A stretch of DNA of 64,000 bases from an uncultured Erysipelotrichaceae bacterium (GCA_963535465.1 CAUSWF010000002.1:64606-128605), one strand, 5' to 3'; numbered from the stretch's first letter, positions 20,028 to 27,966 are shown. Program-made: numbers and translations. Notes: generated from the letters alone by a model not told the origin.

Positions 20028-20537
20028 ATGCAGATCGCAAATAACTTTTCAGAGAGAACTTTCGCAGCAGCATCTTTGCTGTCAGCTGGTAGCTCATTTA
20101 AGATTGTAAAGGTTGACATCTTTACAATCGCAGGTTCAACCAACAGCTACGTTGGCATTGAACTTGAAGGTCAAGAGCGTAAACCTGGCTTGCGTTCCTT
20201 GATCTCTAAGGGGCAATTAGGTCAACCTGTTACCTTTAAAGGTGGCAGAATGACAACTGCTAAGGACCAAACTGTTATCCGTAACGAAGGCACATTCGTT
20301 ACAGAGTTTAAGGATTGGTTGGCAGCTAATCCTGCAGCTACCAACAAGACTGTTTGCGAGCACTGGACCAAGGTGCTTACAGGCAAGTACCTGAATTGCG
20401 GATTCGGTTCCGCGATCATCAACGAGTACAACAAGGTACGTTGTACCCTCGCACTCTCAGTGTCAGATCAGCCTGATGCTGAGTTTACAAAGTTAACCGC
20501 AGAGCAAGAGACAGCTCTGCAGTATGCATCTATCTAA
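20028..20537 (+). CDS. Hypothetical protein (169 aa), island
   Basis: In-frame ATG 20028 within track ORF 19914..20537. The upstream 19902-20026 is hairpin-rich (gttgtg..cacaac; acttgc..gcaagt) and more likely a leader. Confidence 0.5.
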   Translation: MQIANNFSERTFAAASLLSAGSSFKIVKVDIFTIAGSTNSYVGIELEGQERKPGLRSLISKGQLGQPVTFKGGRMTTAKDQTVIRNEGTFVTEFKDWLAANPAATNKTVCEHWTKVLTGKYLNCGFGSAIINEYNKVRCTLALSVSDQPDAEFTKLTAEQETALQYASI

Positions 20538-20607
20538 GTCTCTGTCCTGAGCATGACATTAAAAGGCTCTTTCTTTTTTAATATAAACACTTTAAAAAAA
20601 TACAATT

Positions 20608-20988
20608 ATGAAAGAGAAATTAATAACAAACTTAATAAATCTAGGTGCTGAAATAGTAAACCACCCAGATAAAGACAAAGCTATTTCTTGGTTAAAGATC
20701 TGGGGATTAGATTCTCCTGACACAGAAGCTCTTATAGAACTGTTGTGTCGTAAATATAAAGAGAATAATAAATTTTCTTGTAAGTTATTTTACTGGAACC
20801 TAGAAGACGGATGGAAAGTTTATCACAAACTCAAAGAAGCTGCGAAGAATATGCAATTAGACGAAGAAACTCGCTATGTTGCAAGTAGCTTACTGCATGA
20901 CGGATCTCCGTCTGCAATGGGCTACAGTCTAAGGATGAATGCTTACTATATAGAACATTTCATTAAGATTGTAACATTTGCATGTTAA
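20608..20988 (+). CDS. Hypothetical protein (126 aa)
   Basis: ORF-track ORF. Confidence 0.5.
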   Translation: MKEKLITNLINLGAEIVNHPDKDKAISWLKIWGLDSPDTEALIELLCRKYKENNKFSCKLFYWNLEDGWKVYHKLKEAAKNMQLDEETRYVASSLLHDGSPSAMGYSLRMNAYYIEHFIKIVTFAC

Positions 20989-21024
20989 AATATCAATCAG
21001 TTATTTATTTAATATTTCACAACT

Positions 21025-21263
21025 ATGAATAAAAGCATGTTTGTGGCAACATTAAGAGGAAAAATGTTTGGCAGGAGTGTTCTTTATTTAAGATAATTGC
21101 TGATACACAAGAGCATACTTTAAACAATCTTGCTAAAGATATTAGTTCTCAATATGGAATTAATGTGTCTGAGTTTCATTATGATCATGGGTACCTTAAA
21201 GCCCAGACCTCAAATGAAAATATTACGATCTATATAGAAGAAGTGAACTTAGAAGAGGTGTGA
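21025..21263 (+). pseudogene. Small gene split across two frames at an A5 run (frameshifted, slippery, or assembly error)
   Basis: ATG 21025 encodes MNKSMFVATLRGK... and stops after 23 codons. The -1 frame continues from the ggaaaaatg run as NVWQECSLFKIIADTQEH...EEV with TGA at 21261-63 and has no start codon of its own. Confidence 0.35.
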
Positions 21264-21278
21264 CAACCTCTTCTTTTA
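21251..21278 (+). terminator. Intrinsic terminator
   Basis: agaagaggt pairs with acctcttct (9 bp), followed by TTTT. Confidence 0.7.
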
Positions 21279-21302
21279 TATTAATATTTAAAATATAGAA
21301 CT

Positions 21303-21527
21303 ATGTTTACATTCATAATTAATAGTATTGAACTACTTCAAGATAAGAAAGGTACAATAGGTCATCATGCAGTGGTAGCCTGTGCCAACGAAGTAACCGA
21401 AGAGGTTCGTCAAAAAGTGGGAGTACAAGTTAAAAAAAGATTCGGTCTAACATTGGATACAACAACAGGAAAGACATCTGATCCAGATGTCTTTCTGACC
21501 ATTTCAACTACTATTTTAATAAAATAA
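21303..21527 (+). CDS. Hypothetical protein (74 aa), island
   Basis: ORF-track ORF. Confidence 0.5.
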   Translation: MFTFIINSIELLQDKKGTIGHHAVVACANEVTEEVRQKVGVQVKKRFGLTLDTTTGKTSDPDVFLTISTTILIK

Positions 21528-21535
21528 AATAAACT

Positions 21536-21691
21536 ATGTTACAGTACAATAATAAATCACTCAGATTTTGCTCTTACTCTGATATAGAGAATAAGGAGCA
21601 TAAGTGGATCGGTCAAACAAGAACTGATGAGTTCGGACGATCATTACAAATCTGGCAAGTAGGCGATGCCTACTATGCCTGCATAGCTTAA
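21536..21691 (+). CDS. Small hypothetical protein (51 aa), island
   Basis: ATG 21536 gives MLQYNNKSLRFCSYSDIENKEHKWIGQTR...YYACIA, with a TAA stop. A strong terminator follows. Confidence 0.4.
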   Translation: MLQYNNKSLRFCSYSDIENKEHKWIGQTRTDEFGRSLQIWQVGDAYYACIA

Positions 21692-21696
21692 AGAAT

Positions 21697-21729
21697 AAAG
21701 GGAAGGCTTCGGCTTTCCCTTTATTTTTT
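21697..21729 (+). terminator. Intrinsic terminator with UUCG tetraloop
   Basis: aaagggaaggc-ttcg-gctttcccttt, followed by ATTTTTT. Confidence 0.75.
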
Positions 21730-21927
21730 CTCTATATGCTTGCTGGGAGGAGAGAAAATAGTCTTTTCTTCACTTAAAAATAGTCTATGTATAAACTGCT
21801 ACATTACCTTAGCGGAAAGACTACAATGTTTATGTATAGGCTGAAACAGCCAAAAGAAATCCTATACATCACATTGTACGCTAAATTCAATAAGTAATAA
21901 TTAAAAGTATCTTTTGGCAAATTAATC

Positions 21928-22464
21928 ATGCAAATAGTAGAAGCAATGAACAGAGAGTTGGAAATGGTAGTAGCTAATGGTGGTAAGCAGCAGGATGCTT
22001 TCAGTAGCAAGGCTATTCAGTCAGAAATTGAGACTCTTGAGAAGGGTGATGTATTCCAGGTATTTGGAAAGGTATTCAGTTCTCCTGTTCGTAGAGGTTC
22101 TAATGCCATTGCAGAATACAAACAGGCTCGTGTGTTTAAGATGAAGGATGGTAAAGCTGATCCAGACTCTATGAGAATTGTAAACATTTACCCATCATTC
22201 TTTAACAAGAGTGTAGTGGAAGTAAACGAGAAGTGTGAGCGTACAGGTCGCATTATTCGTGCTGACGGTAGTGTTTGCCAGGCTTATAAGAGCCATGGTA
22301 ATGTTACTAAAGGTTGGGATCAAGTAATCGAGGGTAAAGTAATCGAAGTTACTGAGGTAACACCTGTACTACGCAAACGTTATGGTACAGAGAACCAGAC
22401 ACAGACTACCAAAGTGTGCAACTTTGAGTATTCTGATGTTACATTACCAGAACTCGATGCATAA
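21928..22464 (+). CDS. Hypothetical protein (178 aa), island
   Basis: ORF-track ORF preceded by a roughly 130-nt structured leader. Confidence 0.55.
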   Translation: MQIVEAMNRELEMVVANGGKQQDAFSSKAIQSEIETLEKGDVFQVFGKVFSSPVRRGSNAIAEYKQARVFKMKDGKADPDSMRIVNIYPSFFNKSVVEVNEKCERTGRIIRADGSVCQAYKSHGNVTKGWDQVIEGKVIEVTEVTPVLRKRYGTENQTQTTKVCNFEYSDVTLPELDA

Positions 22465-22657
22465 CATATACACATTGAAGGGTTACCTTATAGGTAACTC
22501 TTCTTTATGTATAAAATCAGGGCAATACATTGATTTAGTTTCTGTTAATCCGATTTTACCGAGGTTAAAAGAAGGCTTTTTCAATGTATTGTTGAAAAAT
22601 GGCAGATATGAATTAATTGATGCCAAGTGGACTACTCCACTCAAGATAGACCATTAA
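22457..22657 (+). CDS. Hypothetical protein (66 aa)
   Basis: In-frame ATG 22457 within track ORF 22382..22657. It overlaps the upstream stop by 8 nt. Confidence 0.4.
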   Translation: MHNIYTLKGYLIGNSSLCIKSGQYIDLVSVNPILPRLKEGFFNVLLKNGRYELIDAKWTTPLKIDH

Positions 22658-23127
22658 GAGTAGTGCGTTGGTGAGAGTAATCTCACCAGGTTGGTTGTTA
22701 TAAAGTGTTTATTTATTGAGGAGTTAGGGAGTGATGGTGAAGGGAAGGCTGTGTGAGCGCACAGAACCACCCACCAACCATTCTCTCTTTCCCCAATAAA
22801 ATCATTTTTTAAAAAATAAGGATTTGTATAATACTCTCTTAAAAACAAATATAATGTAATCATTTCAATTAAAAATTATTAAATAAATGATTTTAAAATA
22901 AAGTCATTAATGAAATACACAGTTTGTGAAAATAGTGTATTTTTTCTTTAAAAAATTCGTGTCAACAAACAAATAAACACTAATAAAAATATGGAATTAT
23001 TATTATTTATCATATTATTGGTAATTACATTAATATGTATTGCCAATTTAGCTAGTAAATTAGGTAAAGATTTTAATAGCTTCTTAGAAGAAAAATTTCC
23101 AAATATTAAAGAATAAAATTCAAAAGT

Positions 23128-23565
23128 ATGTATATAATAACCATTTTAGGCATTCTAGGAATATTAATCATTATTCTAGGAATAATATGCTATAATAAGA
23201 AACAAAATAAGAAAATTTTAAAGGAACAATTAAAAACTTTAAAAGAACTTAGAGACAATATAATTGCATCAAAAAATCTTATTGACTTATATCATATACA
23301 TAAACGTATATTTAAAGAGTTTGAAAAGTATTATATTCCTTCTTGTATAGGCATTTCTAAATATGGATTTTTTAGAGCTTCTTCTAGAGAAGATTTAGAT
23401 CCAGATAATATTTTCTTAGGAAATATTTTTGGATTAAATACTTTAAATCTTTCATATTGGAATTCTTATAATGATATAGAAATAAAAAATTTAATTCTAA
23501 ATCAATATAAACAAATATTGTCTTTAGGATTAATTAATATTAAAAATAAAATTAATAATGAGTAA
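23128..23565 (+). CDS. Membrane-anchored hypothetical protein
   Basis: ORF-track ORF with N-terminal TM segment IITILGILGILIIILGIICY. Confidence 0.5.
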   Translation: MYIITILGILGILIIILGIICYNKKQNKKILKEQLKTLKELRDNIIASKNLIDLYHIHKRIFKEFEKYYIPSCIGISKYGFFRASSREDLDPDNIFLGNIFGLNTLNLSYWNSYNDIEIKNLILNQYKQILSLGLINIKNKINNE

Positions 23566-23567
23566 CG

Positions 23568-24089
23568 ATGCTTGCTGGCTTTTTACAGCCTTATTCTATT
23601 TATTTATATATGTTTTTTCAAAATCCAATAAACAAGATGAGTGATATTATTATTATTTACCCAAAGGATTATCCACAGGTAACAAAAGAAGCTTTACAAA
23701 AAGCTAACCATATTATTACAGTAGTTAATGCCACAAATATTGATGGTGCTATTGAACAATTGGAAAGAGTCTATAAGTTAACGGCTGATTACCCAGAACT
23801 TATACAAGACAAATTAGCATTAGTAATTAATGACACTACTCTTGTTAATTTTCCAGAATCTACTTTAGAAATTCTCCAAAATTTAAGAGTATTCATACAA
23901 GTAACGACAACTAAGAATTTAGAAGTAACATTAGCTACAGCTATCGCTTTAGATGCTATGCTTATATTTCCAAAAGAGTTTATAGAAGAACAACATTCCG
24001 ATTTAGTCATGCTTACTTTAATGGCTATGAGAATGAATAATCGTCTTATAACTCGATTACCTAACTCTGCAGAAAAATTATCTTTCTAA
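23568..24089 (+). CDS. Hypothetical protein
   Basis: ORF-track ORF. The true start may be an internal Met. Confidence 0.5.
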   Translation: MLAGFLQPYSIYLYMFFQNPINKMSDIIIIYPKDYPQVTKEALQKANHIITVVNATNIDGAIEQLERVYKLTADYPELIQDKLALVINDTTLVNFPESTLEILQNLRVFIQVTTTKNLEVTLATAIALDAMLIFPKEFIEEQHSDLVMLTLMAMRMNNRLITRLPNSAEKLSF

Positions 24090-24397
24090 TGGGATTAATC
24101 AAAACAATAAATACTAAAATTCAATCAGCTGTTGCGAAGAAAGTACCAACAGCTGATGAGGCTTATTCTCAAGCTTTATTTAATGCTTCATCAATAGAAG
24201 AAGTAATTAAGTTTGAAAAAGAATGTATTATTGATAAGATACAAGATGCAATAATGCATAAGCAGACACATGTATTTTATGTGCCTACAGATCAACTTGA
24301 TTATTCTTCTATAGAAGAAGAACTAAAAGAGAAAGGATACAATGTGATCAAATATAATGACCCTTTTGATTACTGGATAATTAATTGGAATCATTAA
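24089..24397 (+). CDS. Hypothetical protein
   Basis: ORF-track ORF, followed by a 14-bp perfect hairpin (24407-24455). Confidence 0.5.
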   Translation: MGLIKTINTKIQSAVAKKVPTADEAYSQALFNASSIEEVIKFEKECIIDKIQDAIMHKQTHVFYVPTDQLDYSSIEEELKEKGYNVIKYNDPFDYWIINWNH

Positions 24398-24826
24398 CAA
24401 CTTTTAACAATTATAGATTTGAGAATCTTATTTTCGAGTCTATAATTGTTAAACATTTCATAAAATATGAGTAGAAGTTATAAAAAATCTAAAGTTTATA
24501 ACATTTTGCAGATCATGAATCTGACAAAGAAGATAAAGTAAGATCTCACAAGAAGTTCAGAAGAACAGCCAAATATAAAATGAAAATTGATGCAGATCTT
24601 CCAAATAAACTTTCTGAAGTGGACGATATTTGGGATTATAGCTCTAAAGGAGTAAATATTTATGATGAAAATATAGATCCAAAATATTTAAGAAAATGAA
24701 CACAGCAAAAAAATATAAATTATATGATTCAAAAGATCATTTAATTTGTTCTTTTCAATCTTATCAACAAGCATCAGTTTATAAATTAGCTTATGGTAAT
24801 AAAGGTTGGTATATAAAATAAAAAAT

Positions 24827-25010
24827 ATGTATAAGTAATTAACCTTGGCTGGTGACAGTACAGAGACATCCTAAGCAATATGGGTCATTGCGCACTTTAT
24901 ATCACATATTTCTGGGTGAAATATCATATAATCTTCCTAGGTAATGAAAGATATTTCAGAACTATAAAAGTAAATACATTGCAATTATGGTAGTCTAATT
25001 ACTTATACAT
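24827..25010 (+). ncRNA. 184-nt structured element closed by a perfect 15-bp stem, immediately 5' of the tRNA array
   Basis: atgtataagtaatta (24827-41) is the exact reverse complement of taattacttatacat (24996-25010). There is an inner 9-bp hairpin, tgaaatatc/gatatttca. No ORF. tRNA-Phe starts 4 nt downstream. Confidence 0.45.
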
Positions 25011-25013
25011 TTT

Positions 25014-25086
25014 GGGGCAATAGCAAAGCTGGTCAATGCGTTGGACTGAAAATCCAAAGATAATGGTTCGATTCCATTTTGTCCCA
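25014..25086 (+). tRNA. tRNA-Phe (GAA)
   Basis: Acceptor GGGGCAA/TTGTCCC. Anticodon arm TTGGA CTGAAAA TCCAA. T arm AATGG TTCGATT CCATT. Confidence 0.85.
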
Positions 25087-25094
25087 CTACAAAT

Positions 25095-25166
25095 CGCGAG
25101 GTAGAGCAGTGGTAGCTTATTAGGCTCATAACCTAATGGTCGCAGGTTCGATTCCTGCCTTCGCAA
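25095..25166 (+). tRNA. tRNA-Met (CAU), initiator-like
   Basis: Anticodon loop CTCATAA. C1 opposite A72 (unpaired first position), A11:U24, and two of the three G-C pairs of the initiator anticodon stem. Confidence 0.8.
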
Positions 25167-25172
25167 CATATT

Positions 25173-25259
25173 GGAGAGTTGGCTGAGTGGCTTAAAGCGC
25201 TGGTCTTGAAAACCAGAGGGCGGTAAAACGCTCCAAGAGTTCGAATCTCTTACTCTCCT
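25173..25259 (+). tRNA. tRNA-Ser (UGA), long variable arm
   Basis: Acceptor GGAGAGT/ACTCTCC. Anticodon arm CTGGT CTTGAAA ACCAG. Variable arm AGGGCGGTAAAACGCTCC. T arm AAGAG TTCGAAT CTCTT. Confidence 0.85.
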
Positions 25260-25267
25260 CTTATATT

Positions 25268-25353
25268 GGAGATTTAAGCCTAATTGGTAAGGCAGCAGTT
25301 TGCTAAACTGCCAGTAATCGTAGTAATATGATGTATAGGTCCTATAATCTCCA
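25268..25353 (+). tRNA. Aberrant tRNA-like element (Ser-GCU-like) lacking a canonical T arm
   Basis: Perfect acceptor GGAGATT/AATCTCC. D arm GCC TAATTGGTAA GGC. Anticodon arm GCAGT TTGCTAA ACTGC. Extra arm ATCGTA-GTAA-TATGAT. The T arm is replaced by the mini-hairpin tATAGGTCCTATa. Confidence 0.45.
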
Positions 25354-25375
25354 CAATTAATTTAAATAAAAGATT

Positions 25376-25585
25376 ATGAAAAAATTTAATAATCATTTGT
25401 TACCAAATGGTTTATGGTATTTAGTACAAGCATACCTTATTAGTACAGAATGGCAATGGTATAAGGATAATAATATTAAATATGAATCTGCTACAAAATT
25501 AACTGCTGGGCAATTATCTAATTTAGTTGCTAATGCTATTAGTTGGAGTGTAAAACGTATTCAATATAATACTGAAAATACTTAA
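25376..25585 (+). CDS. Small hypothetical protein, paralog of 27967..28194
   Basis: MKKFNNHLLPNGLWY...WQWYKDNN versus MKKFKGHVLPDDLFY...WQWFKDNN. Confidence 0.5.
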   Translation: MKKFNNHLLPNGLWYLVQAYLISTEWQWYKDNNIKYESATKLTAGQLSNLVANAISWSVKRIQYNTENT

Positions 25586-25635
25586 AAGATAAATAAAAAT
25601 CTACAGGCAATAATAATTTAATTAAAGCCTATTAT

Positions 25636-25706
25636 GCTCTTGTCGTCTAATGGTAGGACATGAGACTTTCTATCGTAGAATTACGGTTCGAATCCGTGCT
25701 TGAGTA
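25636..25706 (+). tRNA. Degenerate tRNA-Glu (UUC)-like, possibly a pseudo-tRNA
   Basis: The D arm TCGTCTAATGGTAGGAC and T arm are as in the Glu tRNA at 30128. The acceptor stem has two T-T mismatches, the anticodon stem has an A-G mismatch, and position 37 is T. Confidence 0.45.
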
Positions 25707-25943
25707 CAATTATTAGTTCTTACATAATAATTACGTCATTGTATTGTCGGGTATAAAAATACAACGGTAATAGATATTCCGTAAATATATCTAAGTACAA
25801 GCAGTAGTACTAGTTAGTAATTCATAAGTAAGACATTGATTACTAAAACTGAAAACAGTTATATCTATTATAATTGCAAATATAGTATTTATAATTACAG
25901 TAAGTTTGTTATACTCTAATGTGGGTTTTGAACTTACTAAATT

Positions 25944-26010
25944 GGAGTACCAAGGCTGGAGAATCTCCCTTGCATGGAGATTGTGGGGAGTTCGATTCTC
26001 TTTACCTCCA
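25944..26010 (+). tRNA. Aberrant 67-nt tRNA-like element (Ala-UGC-like) without a normal D arm
   Basis: Anticodon hairpin (AA)TCTCC CTTGCAT GGAGA(TT). T arm GGGAG TTCGATT CTCTT. The acceptor pairs only with a bulge (GGAGTA / TACCTCC). Confidence 0.35.
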
Positions 26011-26118
26011 CATTTCTAACATGATATCGGGACAAAGCGTTGTCCAATCTAGCAGAATATAAATACATCATTTTTAAACAAGTAGTAAGTTATTGTGAAA
26101 TAATTTACTATATTTGCT

Positions 26119-26177
26119 TAGGTAGTCAACGACAGCAGGCTTGCCCCGAAAGGTTCATAGGTCCTATCCTAAGCGCA
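26119..26177 (+). ncRNA. 59-nt structured element sharing the ATAGGTCCTAT module
   Basis: A 7-bp closing stem (gcttagg/cctaagc) encloses gtcaacgac, a cccc-gaaa-gg hairpin, and cATAGGTCCTATc placed directly 5' of the closing strand, as in 25268..25353. Confidence 0.35.
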
Positions 26178-26359
26178 TTTACTAATTAAACATTTTATAA
26201 ACATTAAAAAAGAAATATATTAAACCAGAAATCAAAACAATTAAAATAGATAATGAACCTTGTATGAATAATACAAGCCAACATAAAGAAGGATCTTCAT
26301 GGGTATGTCCATGTGATAAAGACTCTGTTACTATAGAAAATTTAATAAATAAATAAATA

Positions 26360-27232
26360 ATGGAAAATAAAGTATTTTTTGGAGAAAGTGGTTTAACTTC
26401 TACAAGTGCAAATCATGTAGCAAACCTTGCTAAAGAGTTCATTAGTTCAAATGAAAACTATCTTAATAGCATTTCTTTCATTAATTGTAAAGTAGGACTT
26501 ATCGGTAGTGATAAAGATCAAACTTACAGTTTAGGTGTACAAAATTTAAATGATATTGAAGTTATATTAGCAGATATTGCTAAATGTAAAGCATTGATTG
26601 CTTGGTTACGTGAGGCTATTAAAGCTAAGAATGCTTTAATTTCAGATATTAATAATTTTAATATTTCAAGTTATTGTCAACTTAAAGGACTACCTAATCC
26701 TGAACGTCCTCAACTTCCAGATTATTTAACAGCTGAAGAATATTATGATTCTCTTCCTATTAAAGAAAGAAATGAATATTATTCTTTGGAAGCAGAAGCA
26801 GCAACTTTAGGTCAGTTTATTCATCCTGGAGGTAATCTTAATCAGCAACGTAGTTTGTTATCTGAGAAATTAATGCACCCAATTAAATCTGAGGGAGAAG
26901 GAAGGGATACCATATTGTATAAGTATAGTCCTTCTATTAGTTTAGAAGAAGTGGATAGTACTTTCTTTAAGCTGCAGGCTAAACATAGAGAAATTCAAGC
27001 CAGATTAAATGGGATGAAGCATCTTTGTGAAATAGCTATGCAGCAAGACCGATTGCAAAAGGATAATACTTATAAGGCAGCTGATAATACATATTTTACA
27101 AAAATGCATGAACTTGCAAACGAAGTTAATATCTATAAAGACGAAGAACTTACAAGAATTCAGAATCTTAAGATTGTTATTCCAAATTCTCTAGAAAGTA
27201 TTTATAAAAAGATACAATCATTGGGTAAATAA
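26360..27232 (+). CDS. Hypothetical protein (290 aa)
   Basis: ORF-track ORF, no motif recognised. Confidence 0.55.
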   Translation: MENKVFFGESGLTSTSANHVANLAKEFISSNENYLNSISFINCKVGLIGSDKDQTYSLGVQNLNDIEVILADIAKCKALIAWLREAIKAKNALISDINNFNISSYCQLKGLPNPERPQLPDYLTAEEYYDSLPIKERNEYYSLEAEAATLGQFIHPGGNLNQQRSLLSEKLMHPIKSEGEGRDTILYKYSPSISLEEVDSTFFKLQAKHREIQARLNGMKHLCEIAMQQDRLQKDNTYKAADNTYFTKMHELANEVNIYKDEELTRIQNLKIVIPNSLESIYKKIQSLGK

Positions 27233-27577
27233 GAACTTAGAGGCTTGACCTCTTAATCTTATTGAATATGTTTAATAGATGTCATTTATCTATGAATAAA
27301 ATTATTGCTAATTTAGTAATAATATTTTAAGTTTGTAACTTAAAATTGAATGTATACTCTTTCAAAACTTATATTTAAAAGTAATCTGAACAATTACTGC
27401 TTTTGTTTTCGAAGAAAGAGTATGTTCTTGATATTGATTTTATTTTAGTTTTAGTTGGCATTTATTAAACATAACTCAATATTTTAAATATGTTTTTAAA
27501 TTTATTAATTATTATAATATTAGTATTAATTTTTGAATTATTACTTAATATTATTAAAATAATAGCTAAAATTTATC

Positions 27578-27784
27578 TTGATGAAATACGTAATTTGTAA
27601 TTATAATAATTATTCAGTAATTGAAATAATCGAATCTGATAACTTTATAAAAGTTGAAGAAAGATTAAAACAATTAAATAAAGGTTATAATAACGAATTA
27701 ATTATAATATCCTTACATAGGTATAATAAACTTATTAAAGGATTAGTATCAAAAATAAATAGAATTAAAAATATGTTAATGTAA
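27578..27784 (+). CDS. Hypothetical protein (68 aa)
   Basis: ORF-track ORF. Confidence 0.4.
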   Translation: MMKYVICNYNNYSVIEIIESDNFIKVEERLKQLNKGYNNELIIISLHRYNKLIKGLVSKINRIKNMLM

Positions 27785-27859
27785 AAATATGTGGAGAGGA
27801 GCAATGTTCTACTGTGGAGATGATAATGCATTCCTAGAATTATTCAACCCTTTCCCTAT

Positions 27860-27932
27860 GCTCATATAGCTCAGTTGGTAGAGCACTGGTCTCCAAAACC
27901 AGGTGTCCCCGGTTCGATTCCTACTGTGAGTG
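27860..27932 (+). tRNA. tRNA-Trp (CCA) with poorly paired T stem
   Basis: Acceptor GCTCATA/TGTGAGT. D arm GCTC AGTTGGTA GAGC. Anticodon arm CTGGT CTCCAAA ACCAG. The T arm CCCGG TTCGATT CCTAC pairs at only 2 of 5 positions. Confidence 0.6.
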
Positions 27933-27966
27933 CATTTTAATAAATTAATTAATTAATTAAATAATT

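Noticed and set aside
18478-22734. Possible terminal inverted repeats of the G+C-rich island (CACTCCCT at 18478 versus AGGGAGTG at about 22727; GAGAGAG versus CTCTCT).
   Set aside because: Only 6-8-mers match, which is too short to distinguish from chance without statistics.
25300-25306. Anticodon loop TTGCTAA of the aberrant tRNA-like element contains CTA and could be mistaken for a third suppressor.
   Set aside because: With the perfect 5-bp stem GCAGT/ACTGC, the 7-nt loop puts GCT at positions 34-36. CTA would be out of register.
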